A stretch of DNA of 64,000 bases. Origin: Candidatus Sulfomarinibacter sp. Lineage in GTDB: Bacteria; Acidobacteriota; Thermoanaerobaculia; Thermoanaerobaculales; Sulfomarinibacteraceae. Location of the stretch: NCBI GenBank assembly GCA_041560205.1, contig JBFFBV010000008.1, positions 1,467-65,466 on the forward strand. Reading direction: 5' to 3'. Below are positions 27,918-36,892 of the stretch, in pieces. Made by a program: the position numbers and the translations under genes. The notes under the pieces are model-generated. The model saw only the letters and a list, made by a program, of their open reading frames with translations, ran no database searches and was not told where the DNA came from. Positions within the stretch are counted from its first letter, which is position 1. Every line of letters starts with the position of its first letter.

Positions 27918-28141
27918 CAACGGCGCTGGTCGTCGCCGGCCTGTCCGCAACAGTCGCGGTAGGCGCTGTCGTCCTGCGTGGGCTCATGCGGCGTTTGAAG
28001 CTTTTGCGTCGGCTGGACCGGGCCGAGTCGGTGGTGGCGGATGCGATGGCGGACGGCCGCCTCGCGATCGCAACCGGTGAGGCGCTCTTGCAGCATCTTG
28101 ACGGCCTGCGAAGGGCCTGTATCCGAGGTGGGGAGGGCTGA
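27914..28141 (+). CDS. Small single-pass membrane protein (75 aa), unknown function
   Basis: ATGA overlap with the upstream GT2, and it ends 2 nt before the next GT start, filling the gap exactly. N-terminal TM TALVVAGLSATVAVGAVVL, then an Arg/Leu-rich helix. Confidence 0.5.
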   Translation: MTTALVVAGLSATVAVGAVVLRGLMRRLKLLRRLDRAESVVADAMADGRLAIATGEALLQHLDGLRRACIRGGEG

Positions 28142-28143
28142 GC

Positions 28144-29235
28144 TTGCGGCTCGGCGTCGATGTCGGTCGGGCGCTGCACGGACACGGCGGTGTCGCGACC
28201 TACACCCGGGAGTTGGTCCATGCCCTCGTTCAGTCGCGCAGAGTGGATGAAATCGTCCTCTTCGATCTCGACCGCGGAAGATGGAAGCGAGCGTACTTCG
28301 AGAGCTCACTTGGTCATTTGCCATCGAATATCTTCATCGAGCGTGCGAACCGGCGCGAGCTGGAGGCGCTTGACCTCTTTCACGCTCCGGGTTACGCCAT
28401 GCCGCCCGTCGGCACACCGCGCTACGTTTTTACCCTCCACGACCTGACGGTCCTGAGTCATTCCTTCTGCCACACCCTCGCAAACCGGGTGCGGACGCTG
28501 GCTTCCATTTCCGACGCGCTGGCCAGGAGCGCGACGATTCTGGCCGTATCCAAGGCGACGAAGGAAGAGACGGTCCGGCTGCTGGCGCTGCCGACGGCCT
28601 CGGTCGAGGTCGTGCCGCCGATGCTCAATCCGATCTTCAAAGTGGCCGGCGATTGCGAAAAGGACCTTGCAATGGCAGCACGCCTGGGGGTTCGGGAGCC
28701 CTTCGTGCTCGCCGTCGCGAGCTTGGAGCCGCGCAAGAACTTCGGTCGGCTGCTCGATGCCTGGACCTCCCTCGGAGCGGCCACGGGCGCGCACCAGCTC
28801 GTCGTGGTTGCGGCGGAAGGGTGGCGGCAGGGGAGGGTTCGCCGCCGCTTGGAGCGGATGACCGGCGATGGGTCGGTCGTGAAGATCGGTCACATCCCGG
28901 ATGAGGCGCTGGCGGGCCTCTACCGCCGTGCCAATGCCTTTGTTTTCCCGTCATTGGCGGAGGGCTTCGGTCTGCCGGTGGTCGAGGCCATGGCCTGCGG
29001 CGCACCGGTCGTGACATCAAAGGTGTCCTCCCTTCCGGAGGTCTGTGGTGACGCGGCGATGCTGGTCGATCCGGAGGACACCGACGAGATTGCGGCCGCC
29101 ATCGAGCATCTGCTCGCGGACCGCAGGCTGCACCGGCGTCTACGCGACCGAGGCCTCGAGCGAGCGCGTTCGTACTCCCGAGAGGCGGTCATACCCCGTC
29201 TCTTCGAAGTCTACCGCCGCGCCGCCCAGCGCTAA
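28144..29235 (+). CDS. Glycosyltransferase family 4
   Basis: TTG start. MRLGVDVGRALHGHGGVATYTREL; FVFPSLAEGFGLPVVEAMACGAPVVTS. Confidence 0.85.
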   Translation: MRLGVDVGRALHGHGGVATYTRELVHALVQSRRVDEIVLFDLDRGRWKRAYFESSLGHLPSNIFIERANRRELEALDLFHAPGYAMPPVGTPRYVFTLHDLTVLSHSFCHTLANRVRTLASISDALARSATILAVSKATKEETVRLLALPTASVEVVPPMLNPIFKVAGDCEKDLAMAARLGVREPFVLAVASLEPRKNFGRLLDAWTSLGAATGAHQLVVVAAEGWRQGRVRRRLERMTGDGSVVKIGHIPDEALAGLYRRANAFVFPSLAEGFGLPVVEAMACGAPVVTSKVSSLPEVCGDAAMLVDPEDTDEIAAAIEHLLADRRLHRRLRDRGLERARSYSREAVIPRLFEVYRRAAQR

Positions 29236-29290
29236 GCGCTTCCCGTCGGGTCAAGGACCTCGAATCGGGGACGGGCTGATAGGATGGGGC

Positions 29291-30097
29291 ATGCCCGAAC
29301 CGGTGCTCCAACGACGCGACGGTCCGATCCTCATCGTCACCCTCAACGACCCTGATCGGGCGAACCCTCTAACGTCGGCGATGATGGTTGCCCTCAGCGA
29401 ATCTCTCCAAGCCGCTGCCTCGGATGAGGCCGTGCGGGCGGTCGTGCTCACCGGTGCCGGCAGGCACTTCTCGGCCGGGGCCGATCTCGAGATGCTCGAG
29501 AGAATCGCCCGCTCCGGTGATGAAGCGACGAACCGTGACGACGTTGAGCATCTGCGCCATCTCTTCGAAATCCTCCTGGGCCACCCGAAGCTCACCGTGG
29601 CCGCCGTTCACGGAGCCGCGGTGGCGGGAGGATGTGGGCTGGCAACCGCCTGTGATCTGGTGATCGCCGAACCCGACGCGAAGTTCGCCTACACCGAGGT
29701 CAAGATCGGTTTTCTGGCTGCGGTCGTGTCGACCTTCCTGACCCGGCGCGTCGCCGGGCACGTCGCGCGACGGCTCCTCCTCGATCCGGAGATCCTTGAC
29801 GGAGCGCGTGCGGTCGAGCTGGGCTTGGCCGACGAGCTGGCTCGCGAGAACGAGGCATTGGCAACAGCCGTGGCGCGCGCGAGATCCATCTGCTCGAAGG
29901 CCTCGCCATCGGCCCTGTCGGCGACGAAAGGTCTGCTCAACGAGACGGTCGGCCTCGGTTGGCGCGAAGCCCTCGATGTCGCGGCGGCGGCCAACCTACG
30001 GCAGCGCAAAAACCCGGAGTGCGCACGCGGCGTTCGCACATTCCTCGAACTCAAGAAGACCCCAGACTGGCTTGCCGCACCCGACAACGACGAATAG
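29291..30097 (+). CDS. Enoyl-CoA hydratase/isomerase (crotonase) family protein
   Basis: ATG 29291. ILIVTLNDPDRANPLT, VVLTGAGRHFSAGADL, AVHGAAVAGGCGLATACD. Confidence 0.85.
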   Translation: MPEPVLQRRDGPILIVTLNDPDRANPLTSAMMVALSESLQAAASDEAVRAVVLTGAGRHFSAGADLEMLERIARSGDEATNRDDVEHLRHLFEILLGHPKLTVAAVHGAAVAGGCGLATACDLVIAEPDAKFAYTEVKIGFLAAVVSTFLTRRVAGHVARRLLLDPEILDGARAVELGLADELARENEALATAVARARSICSKASPSALSATKGLLNETVGLGWREALDVAAAANLRQRKNPECARGVRTFLELKKTPDWLAAPDNDE

Positions 30098-30135
30098 AGA
30101 GCCGAATCACGCAGATGACGTGCTGCGGGTACGAT

Positions 30136-31263
30136 TCACGTGACGTGGAGAAGCTCAGCGAGTGAGCCGAGCGCTGCCGGCCAGTCTTTTTCGTGCGGTG
30201 CCGTCACGGCGATCCGAACATGGCCCTCGCCGCCGAAGTCTTCGCCCGGCCACATGCCAACGCCCCGGCTGCGCGCCATTGCCACCGCCCATTCCACAGT
30301 GCTGTCGCAGCCGGTCATTTCGACCTGGTCGCTCACCGGGAGCCAGAGATAGAAGCCACCATCGGGGACATCGACCGAGGCGCCGACACCGCGCAGGGCC
30401 GTACAGAGCTCGTGCATGCGGCGGTGGACCGTCTCACGGACCGAGTCCTTGTACTCACCGGGAACGTCGGTCAGCGCGCGGAGTGCCTTCTGTGCGGGCC
30501 CGGAAGCCGGATTGACGAGCGAAGCGTGGGTGCGGGCGGTTCGAGCGATCAGCGGCGCGTCGGCGACCAGCCATCCAAGTCTCCAGCCGCAGAGGGCCCA
30601 GCTCTTGGAAGTGCTGCGAACCTGGACCACGGTTGTTCGCTCGGGGTCGTGGTCGGACGGCAGGGAATTCTCCTCGTCAGTAAATCGGAAATCGACATAA
30701 GCCTCGTCGCTGATGAGGCGAAGACCGTGGTGTCGGCAGAGCTCAACCAGCGCGCCCGCGGCTTCGGAGGAGAGGGTCGTTCCGGTCGGATTGGACGGCG
30801 ACGAGAGGACCACTGCCCGTGTTCGTGGGCCGATTCTGGACGCCACCGCATCGACCCAGCCGCTGAAACCGTGCCCATTCTCGGAAACGGCGACTGGTTT
30901 TGCCCCGAGACGAGAGGCCATCATCGGGTATGCGGGATAACAGGGGGAAGGGTGGATCAGTTCGTCGGCGGGCTCGAGGAGGGTTGCGAGGACGGCGAGG
31001 AGGCCTCCCTTCGCGCCGCTGGTGACGGCGATCTGATCCGGTGCGACGGTGCAGGAGCCTTTGCTCTGCAGGCCTGCGAGAACCCGGCGAAGCTCGGGCA
31101 GGCCGTCGTGAGGTGGGTATCGGAACGACTCGGACGCTGCAGATCGCGCGAGGGCCTGTACCAGCTCTGGTGGGGGTGCGAAACACGGCTCGCCGACGAG
31201 CCAGGAATGTGTCCTTCCCCGATACCCATCGAGCGCAGCCGCCACCACGTCGACGCTTCTCAT
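30136..31263 (-). CDS. Class I/II PLP-dependent aminotransferase (aromatic/aspartate type)
   Basis: ATG 31263 forms an ATGA overlap with tyrA. SPSNPTGTTL; STSKSWALCGWRLGW (PLP lysine region). Confidence 0.85.
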   Translation of the reverse strand: MRSVDVVAAALDGYRGRTHSWLVGEPCFAPPPELVQALARSAASESFRYPPHDGLPELRRVLAGLQSKGSCTVAPDQIAVTSGAKGGLLAVLATLLEPADELIHPSPCYPAYPMMASRLGAKPVAVSENGHGFSGWVDAVASRIGPRTRAVVLSSPSNPTGTTLSSEAAGALVELCRHHGLRLISDEAYVDFRFTDEENSLPSDHDPERTTVVQVRSTSKSWALCGWRLGWLVADAPLIARTARTHASLVNPASGPAQKALRALTDVPGEYKDSVRETVHRRMHELCTALRGVGASVDVPDGGFYLWLPVSDQVEMTGCDSTVEWAVAMARSRGVGMWPGEDFGGEGHVRIAVTAPHEKDWPAALGSLAELLHVT

Positions 31264-32399
31264 GGCCCCGACCCGTTGGCGATCGTCTGGCTGAGGTACT
31301 CGTGGCACGCGGTCATGAGTCCGCTGAACTCCTCAACGTCGCCGGATTGGACCACATCCAACCACTCGTCGAGGGATTGTCGAAGCCACTTTCCGGTCTC
31401 CGGTGTCAGCTGGTTGAGGGCCTGGATCTCGAAGTACAGACCCGGGTTTTCGCCGGTCACCTCACAGGTCGTTGCCAGCTGTTTCGTAAACGTGACGCCG
31501 GCCACCTCGTTGAGCTCGGCGGCACCGATCGACGAGTGTGAGATGGCGCGGGCGAAGACCAGATTGGCGAGGTGCGTCAGACCGAGAACGAGCCCCATGC
31601 GCCGATCGTGCTCCTCGCTCGACATGTCGACGAGCTTGGCCGAGGTCTCGGCGAAGAGCGCCCGCACGACATCGAGATCCTTCGCGCGACCTTCGTTGCA
31701 GAAGACGATTGTGCGGCCGGAGAGCATCCGAACGTCGGGTCCGAAAAGCGGATGAAAGGAGACTAGCCGGAGACCGTCCTCCCGCAGTCGGTCCACGAGC
31801 GGCACGAGGTGCCCCTTGAGGCTGCACATCTCGGCGACCACGCCCTTCACGTCGAGGTGCGCGAGGGTTTGGAGGACCTCCGGACAGGCGCTCATCGGCA
31901 CGGCGACGACGATGAGATCGGACTCCACCACCGCTCGGTCGAGCTCCTCGGCTTCGAGGAAGTCGGTTGCTGCCGGATCCGGATCGTTGATCGTGACTCG
32001 ATGTCCCTGACCGCGCAGGAATCGTGCGATCCAGCGTCCCATGCCGCCCTTTCCACCGATGACCAGCGTGCGCAGAGCGTTGCCCTGGTACACGGTGTCT
32101 CGCTGTACCGCCTGCTCCTCGACCGCCTTGCCAATGAGGAAGGTCGCCAGGTCGCGGCCCAGGTCCTCGTCGAGGCCGAGCAGGCGGCTGGCCTCCGAAA
32201 ACCTTTGGTAGACCTCCGCTTCGACTTTGAAGTTCCGCAGCGGGATGCCGCTGGACTGCTTGAGCTCGCCGATCTGGCGGGCCAGATCGAGCCGCTCGCA
32301 GATCAGGTGCAGGATGCGCCGATCGAGCGCCTCGATATCGCGCCGGTGCTGCTCCAGAAGTGGGCCCGGTGTCTCGCGAGGGGTGATTGGTGTCCGCAT
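31260..32399 (-). CDS. tyrA: Bifunctional chorismate mutase / prephenate dehydrogenase
   Basis: N-terminal CM_2 helix pattern (LLEQHRRDIEALDRRILHLICERLDLARQIGELK), then a Rossmann LVIGGKGGMGRWIARFLRGQGHRV and a prephenate dehydrogenase core. Length is similar to the E. coli T-protein. Confidence 0.85.
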   Translation of the reverse strand: MRTPITPRETPGPLLEQHRRDIEALDRRILHLICERLDLARQIGELKQSSGIPLRNFKVEAEVYQRFSEASRLLGLDEDLGRDLATFLIGKAVEEQAVQRDTVYQGNALRTLVIGGKGGMGRWIARFLRGQGHRVTINDPDPAATDFLEAEELDRAVVESDLIVVAVPMSACPEVLQTLAHLDVKGVVAEMCSLKGHLVPLVDRLREDGLRLVSFHPLFGPDVRMLSGRTIVFCNEGRAKDLDVVRALFAETSAKLVDMSSEEHDRRMGLVLGLTHLANLVFARAISHSSIGAAELNEVAGVTFTKQLATTCEVTGENPGLYFEIQALNQLTPETGKWLRQSLDEWLDVVQSGDVEEFSGLMTACHEYLSQTIANGSGP

Positions 32400-32652
32400 G
32401 TCTCCTCCTGAGCAAAGCGGGGGAACGCGGACGAAGGCGGGTTCCGGGTCCCGCCGTCGCCAGCGGGCCCCGTGATCTCTGACTCAGACCATTGGCCGCT
32501 GGCGTCGGTGGCGCACGGAATAATAGCCGTCAACCCGGCTGCCGACGATCGGAGTCATCGTTCTCATCGCATTATCGTACCAGAAGAACGCCTCGGCGAC
32601 GAGGGATCGCGAAGCGTCATGACGGCGTCAAGCCGAATGGTCCGGAGGGCGG

Positions 32653-33366
32653 CTACGAAGCCCCTTCGGTGCCGTCGAGTGAAAACCGGTGGCTGACGGC
32701 GTGCCAGCCCGTACCCCGAACGACGACCGAGCACAACAGTTTCGGGTGAAGCTCCGGGAAGAGGAGGCTCCATCCGACGGCTCCGCCGGGGAGACTGATC
32801 AGCCGTTGACGGTCGCCAACCGGCATCTCCACCTCCACATTTCGGATCCCGCCGGGCAGCCCGGTACCAATGGCCTTGAGCGCGGCTTCCTTGCAGGTCC
32901 ACAGGCGCAGGAGGAGGTCGTGCCGTGCTTCGCCCGGGGTTTTTTGCAGCAGCTCCAACTCGCTGTCAGTGCATATTCGATCGGCGAGGCGATCGAGTTG
33001 GGCGAGTTGGCGCTGAGCTTCGATATCGACACCGACTTCGGCGTGGGACAGGGCGATGACCACGAACTCACCCGAGTCGCTGGCGTTGAAATGCGGCCCA
33101 CCGGCGGCGAGGTGGGGCTTGCCGTGCGGACCGAGTTCGAACTCGATGTCTTCGGGGGCGGTACCTGTCGCTGAGCCCAGCACCGTGCGAAGCGCTGCGC
33201 GGGCGACGATGAATCGCCGCGCCGCCCTGGCGACCCGGAAGCGGTCGGCCCGCTGCAGCTCCAGAGGGGCGAGGAAGCCGCGAAGCCTGTCGATCTCAGG
33301 GTCGCTGAGCTCCAGAGACGCCCACCACAGCTGCACCTCACCATCGTGAATCTCGATGCTTCGCAT
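32653..33366 (-). CDS. 4'-phosphopantetheinyl transferase (Sfp type)
   Basis: ATG 33366. GPHGKPHL, FNASDSGEFVVIALS, VGVDIE, LWTCKEAALKAIG. Confidence 0.85.
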   Translation of the reverse strand: MRSIEIHDGEVQLWWASLELSDPEIDRLRGFLAPLELQRADRFRVARAARRFIVARAALRTVLGSATGTAPEDIEFELGPHGKPHLAAGGPHFNASDSGEFVVIALSHAEVGVDIEAQRQLAQLDRLADRICTDSELELLQKTPGEARHDLLLRLWTCKEAALKAIGTGLPGGIRNVEVEMPVGDRQRLISLPGGAVGWSLLFPELHPKLLCSVVVRGTGWHAVSHRFSLDGTEGAS

Positions 33367-33513
33367 GCCTGAGATGGTACTACCGCCCGATCCCCCAGTA
33401 ACCAGGCGCCAGTGGCCGCTCATCAGTGATCAGCGATCATTCCCATCCGTCCAAATCTTCGGAGCTTCGATCTGAGAAAAGATCACTCGTGGAGAGCTGC
33501 TAACCTCTCGGAC

Positions 33514-33915
33514 ATGGAAGGCTATCCATTTTCCTGTCCGATCCAGGTGCGTTGGCGTGATCTGGATGCATTTGGCCACGTCAACAACGCGACCTTCGCG
33601 AGCTATCTCGAAATGGCGCGAACGGTTGTTTGGATGAGATTGCTCGGGGGGCGAGACGCCCTTGCGATACCGTTTTTCGTCAGGCGGCTCGAGATCGACT
33701 TCAAGCGTCCCATCGCTCTGGACGACGAGGTCAGAGTGTGGCTTCGGGTCGGCCAGATCCGAGGGGCGTCGTTCATCTTCGAGTACGCAATCGAGGCGGC
33801 TGGAGAGGTGGCTGCCGAGGCGATCACCCTTCTTGCCTGCGTCGACAGTCGTACGGGGAGGCCAGTTCCCATCGACCCGGAAGTCCGCGAGACCCTGGCA
33901 ACGCTGCAAACGTGA
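33514..33915 (+). CDS. Acyl-CoA thioesterase (4HBT/YbgC hotdog family)
   Basis: VRWRDLDAFGHVNNATFASYLEMAR; 133 aa. Confidence 0.85.
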   Translation: MEGYPFSCPIQVRWRDLDAFGHVNNATFASYLEMARTVVWMRLLGGRDALAIPFFVRRLEIDFKRPIALDDEVRVWLRVGQIRGASFIFEYAIEAAGEVAAEAITLLACVDSRTGRPVPIDPEVRETLATLQT

Positions 33916-33988
33916 AACTTGAGACGCAGGCTCCACGGTGCGAGATCCCAGAAGTGCCTCGCTCCTTTGTTCGTGCGTGTGGATGGCG

Positions 33989-35758
33989 CTACTGGATCTC
34001 GAGCCAGCTGAACCAGATCGGGTGGTTGGCCTTGTACCAGTCAAGGACCTCACGGATCAGATCCCGTTTGTCCGCTGGAAGCACGGCGTCGTCGATTTGG
34101 TCGAAGCGAACCAGCATGCGGTCGCCCGGCAGGTACTCGATGGCTTCCGAGCACAGGGTCTGGAGCTCGTTGCGGATGCGGCCCGAGTCCGAGATTTTGA
34201 CCGGCCGCTGACGGTAGTCCTGTCCCGAGTAGAAGCGATCGAGGAGGGGCGAGAAGACCATCCGCATCTCCTCGAAGGGCTCCATCAGTCGAAACTCGAG
34301 GGTCGCGTCGATCACGCCGAGGCGGGTCGAGGCGCGGGTCGTGACACGGTAGCAGTCGTCCGCCACCTTTTCGACCCCGTCGGCCCCGCTGTAGGGGTCG
34401 GGGAGCAGGTACCCGTCGAGGGCCAGAACCCGCCACTCCTTGAGTGGGAAGAAATCGTCTGCGGTGATGGTGCGCCGCTCGACCGGCATCATGGCCTCGC
34501 GCGCCGATCGCAGGCTTTCCCGGTAGGCCCGCGAAACCTCCGGGTCGAGGTCGGTCCCGAGGGCCTCGATGAGCTTCGCCTCGAAATCGTCACGCTCCGG
34601 GTCGAGAGTGATGATCTGCCTTTCGCGGTTGATCGAGGCCTTGAACTGGGAGGAGAAAAGGCACATCGAGGTCTTCAGATCGAGAATCGGGTCGAGGCTC
34701 GCGGCCTGCATGGCCTCGGCGGAGGCCGCATACCCGTCACACAGGAAGAGGTGGGGCGTCCCCTCGTCGTCGGTGTACGGTCCAACCCGAAACACGGGAG
34801 CGTAGGTTCCGGACTCGTTGAAAATTCCCTGGCCGGTTTCGGGAAGTGTCCAGCCTTCCTCCACGAGATGCGCGCCCAATTCCTGCCACTCCGACCACAG
34901 AGCGCTCAGCCGGTCGAGGCGCGAGGGCCCACCAAGAGTCCACACGTGGACGTTTTCCGGCAGGATTCCGGGGTAGGTCTCACGGATGGCCTCCATGACC
35001 TTGGCCCGCGGAGTCCTGAAGTCGATCAGGATGGAATGGTCCGCGGCGCGATCCACGACCTCTCGCGGCAGCACCAGGTTGCCCATATAGCCCTCGTAGG
35101 GGCGAGCCACCTTGAGCGGTTGGTTGAAGAGGTGGAGGACCGTCATCGGACCTGTGGCGCTTCCCTTGGCAAAGCGAGAGGTGTTTTCGAGGGTGTCCAC
35201 CGCCGCACCCCATACGGTGATGCCGGCCGTCTGGAGATCGAGCCAGAACTCCGGCCACTCGTAGGCGGGATCGTTGACCAGGCGGTGGACGCGTCGATCG
35301 AGAAAACGCGCCACCTGAGGCCGCGCGTAGACCCGTCCGAAGCCCAGTAAGGGATTGGAGCCCATCTCGGGCGTTTCGCCCGCCTTCGGCATCAACCCCT
35401 CGCCGAGTGAAACCATCACTGCATGGTTCTCCGGGAGGCTTCGCGTCAGGTACCAGAGCGCCTCAGATAACGCATAGGCCGAGACCGCGTCGGCGTCCTT
35501 TTTGACCCTGTTGATGCCCGCCTTATCGAGCCCGGCGCCTTCGCCCCAGCGGCCGAAGAGCCGGGTCCCGAGGGCCGTCACCGCCGTCGCCACCACGAAT
35601 GCGCGCTCCAGTGAACCACCGACAAAAGAAATGCCATTGGTGACCGAGTTCGCTTCGGAGCGCAGCTCGACGTCCTCGAGCCAGAGGTGGAAGCGACCGA
35701 GGATGGCCCTCGTGTCGAAGGCCCATTGGGCAATTTCGTTGCGGCGGTCCATATTCAT
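33989..35758 (-). CDS. Divergent GlpX-like (class II FBPase fold) protein with insertions and a C-terminal extension (589 aa)
   Basis: GGAGGAAGG RBS then ATG 35758. Colinear resemblance to GlpX: VTALGTRLFGRWGEG..KKDADAVSAYALSEAL..VSLGEGLMPK ; AAVDTLENT (compare DPIEGT) ; LCDGYAASAEA (compare PDGDVAASI). Confidence 0.55.
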   Translation of the reverse strand: MNMDRRNEIAQWAFDTRAILGRFHLWLEDVELRSEANSVTNGISFVGGSLERAFVVATAVTALGTRLFGRWGEGAGLDKAGINRVKKDADAVSAYALSEALWYLTRSLPENHAVMVSLGEGLMPKAGETPEMGSNPLLGFGRVYARPQVARFLDRRVHRLVNDPAYEWPEFWLDLQTAGITVWGAAVDTLENTSRFAKGSATGPMTVLHLFNQPLKVARPYEGYMGNLVLPREVVDRAADHSILIDFRTPRAKVMEAIRETYPGILPENVHVWTLGGPSRLDRLSALWSEWQELGAHLVEEGWTLPETGQGIFNESGTYAPVFRVGPYTDDEGTPHLFLCDGYAASAEAMQAASLDPILDLKTSMCLFSSQFKASINRERQIITLDPERDDFEAKLIEALGTDLDPEVSRAYRESLRSAREAMMPVERRTITADDFFPLKEWRVLALDGYLLPDPYSGADGVEKVADDCYRVTTRASTRLGVIDATLEFRLMEPFEEMRMVFSPLLDRFYSGQDYRQRPVKISDSGRIRNELQTLCSEAIEYLPGDRMLVRFDQIDDAVLPADKRDLIREVLDWYKANHPIWFSWLEIQ

Positions 35759-35947
35759 TCGGCCCTTCCTCCGGACTGCACTGTGCCACGGCTGTGGCGC
35801 TGACTCAAGCGGACACGATGTCCGGCGACGAGCAGGGGAGTCGGGGGGCAGAGACACCGGGCGCCGAGTCGGGCAAAGATTGCTCGGGCATGGGAGCTCC
35901 CTCGCTCCCCTGCACCCTTTCGCACGACGAAAGCGCGGGACTCCGCA

Positions 35948-36892
35948 TTAAATCTGATGACGCCACCAGTCGAGCAGATCGCCAAGGGTCTGGCCCAGAG
36001 GGATTTCCGGCCGCCACCCGGTGAGATCGGTGAAACGCGAGTTGTCGCCGACGAGTTGGGGAATGTCGGCGGTCCGCAAACGACCGGGATCTTCCTCGAT
36101 CTCCACTTCGACACCGGAGGCTTCGATGAGGATTTCGAGCACTCGGCGAATGCTCGTACCCTGGCTCGAGCACACGTTGTAGACACCGCCGGCGATGCCA
36201 TCGGTCGCGGCCAGCCAATAGGCGCGTGCAACGTCGCGGACATCGGTGAAATCCCGGATGGCGTCGAGGTTTCCGACCGTCAATCGTGGCGGGTCGAGCC
36301 CTCTCTCGATGCGGGCGAGCTGACGGGCAAAGCTCGAAGCGGCGAACTGTGGCGGCCGACCGGGTCCGGTGTGGTTGAAGAGGCGGAGCCGCACCGTGTC
36401 GAGACCGTGACCATGGAAGTACTGAGCCGTGACGAGATCCTGTGCCGCCTTGCTGGCTGCGTAGGGCGAGATCGGCTCCAAAGGCGCATCCTCGTTGATT
36501 GGCTGATGCTCTGCCGGCACCGCTCCGTAGATCTCACCTGTCGATGCGACAACCACCCGCGTGGTGTTGCCATTTGCACGCACGGCTTCCAGGAGATTGG
36601 CCGTACCGATCGCGTTGACCTCGAGGAACCAACCAGCTTCTTTCCACGAGCCGGCCACCGATGATGCGGCTGCAAGGTGAAACACGATGTCCGGCCGCGC
36701 CGAGCTGAACGCCGCCGCCAATGACGAGACATCGGTGATATCGCCCTCGATCGGACGGACTGAATTGGGAGGCGCTGCCCGGTCCCCGGCCCACACGAGG
36801 CCCCAGATCTCGTGATCGGGCTTCGTTCCGGCGATGTGCCGGACGAGGTGCGGACCGGCGAAACCCGAGACCCCGGTGATCAGGATTCGCAC
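35948..36892 (-). CDS. NAD-dependent epimerase/dehydratase (extended SDR; GDP-4-keto-6-deoxymannose reductase-like)
   Basis: MRILITGVSGFAGPHL; SPYAASKAAQD (YxxxK); RLFNHTGPG. Confidence 0.8.
   Translation of the reverse strand: MRILITGVSGFAGPHLVRHIAGTKPDHEIWGLVWAGDRAAPPNSVRPIEGDITDVSSLAAAFSSARPDIVFHLAAASSVAGSWKEAGWFLEVNAIGTANLLEAVRANGNTTRVVVASTGEIYGAVPAEHQPINEDAPLEPISPYAASKAAQDLVTAQYFHGHGLDTVRLRLFNHTGPGRPPQFAASSFARQLARIERGLDPPRLTVGNLDAIRDFTDVRDVARAYWLAATDGIAGGVYNVCSSQGTSIRRVLEILIEASGVEVEIEEDPGRLRTADIPQLVGDNSRFTDLTGWRPEIPLGQTLGDLLDWWRHQI

Noticed and set aside
29045-29290. Long track ORF start for the crotonase gene, overlapping GT4 28144..29235
   Set aside because: The first 82 codons overlap the GT4 C-terminus in another frame. 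The crotonase fold begins right after ATG 29291.
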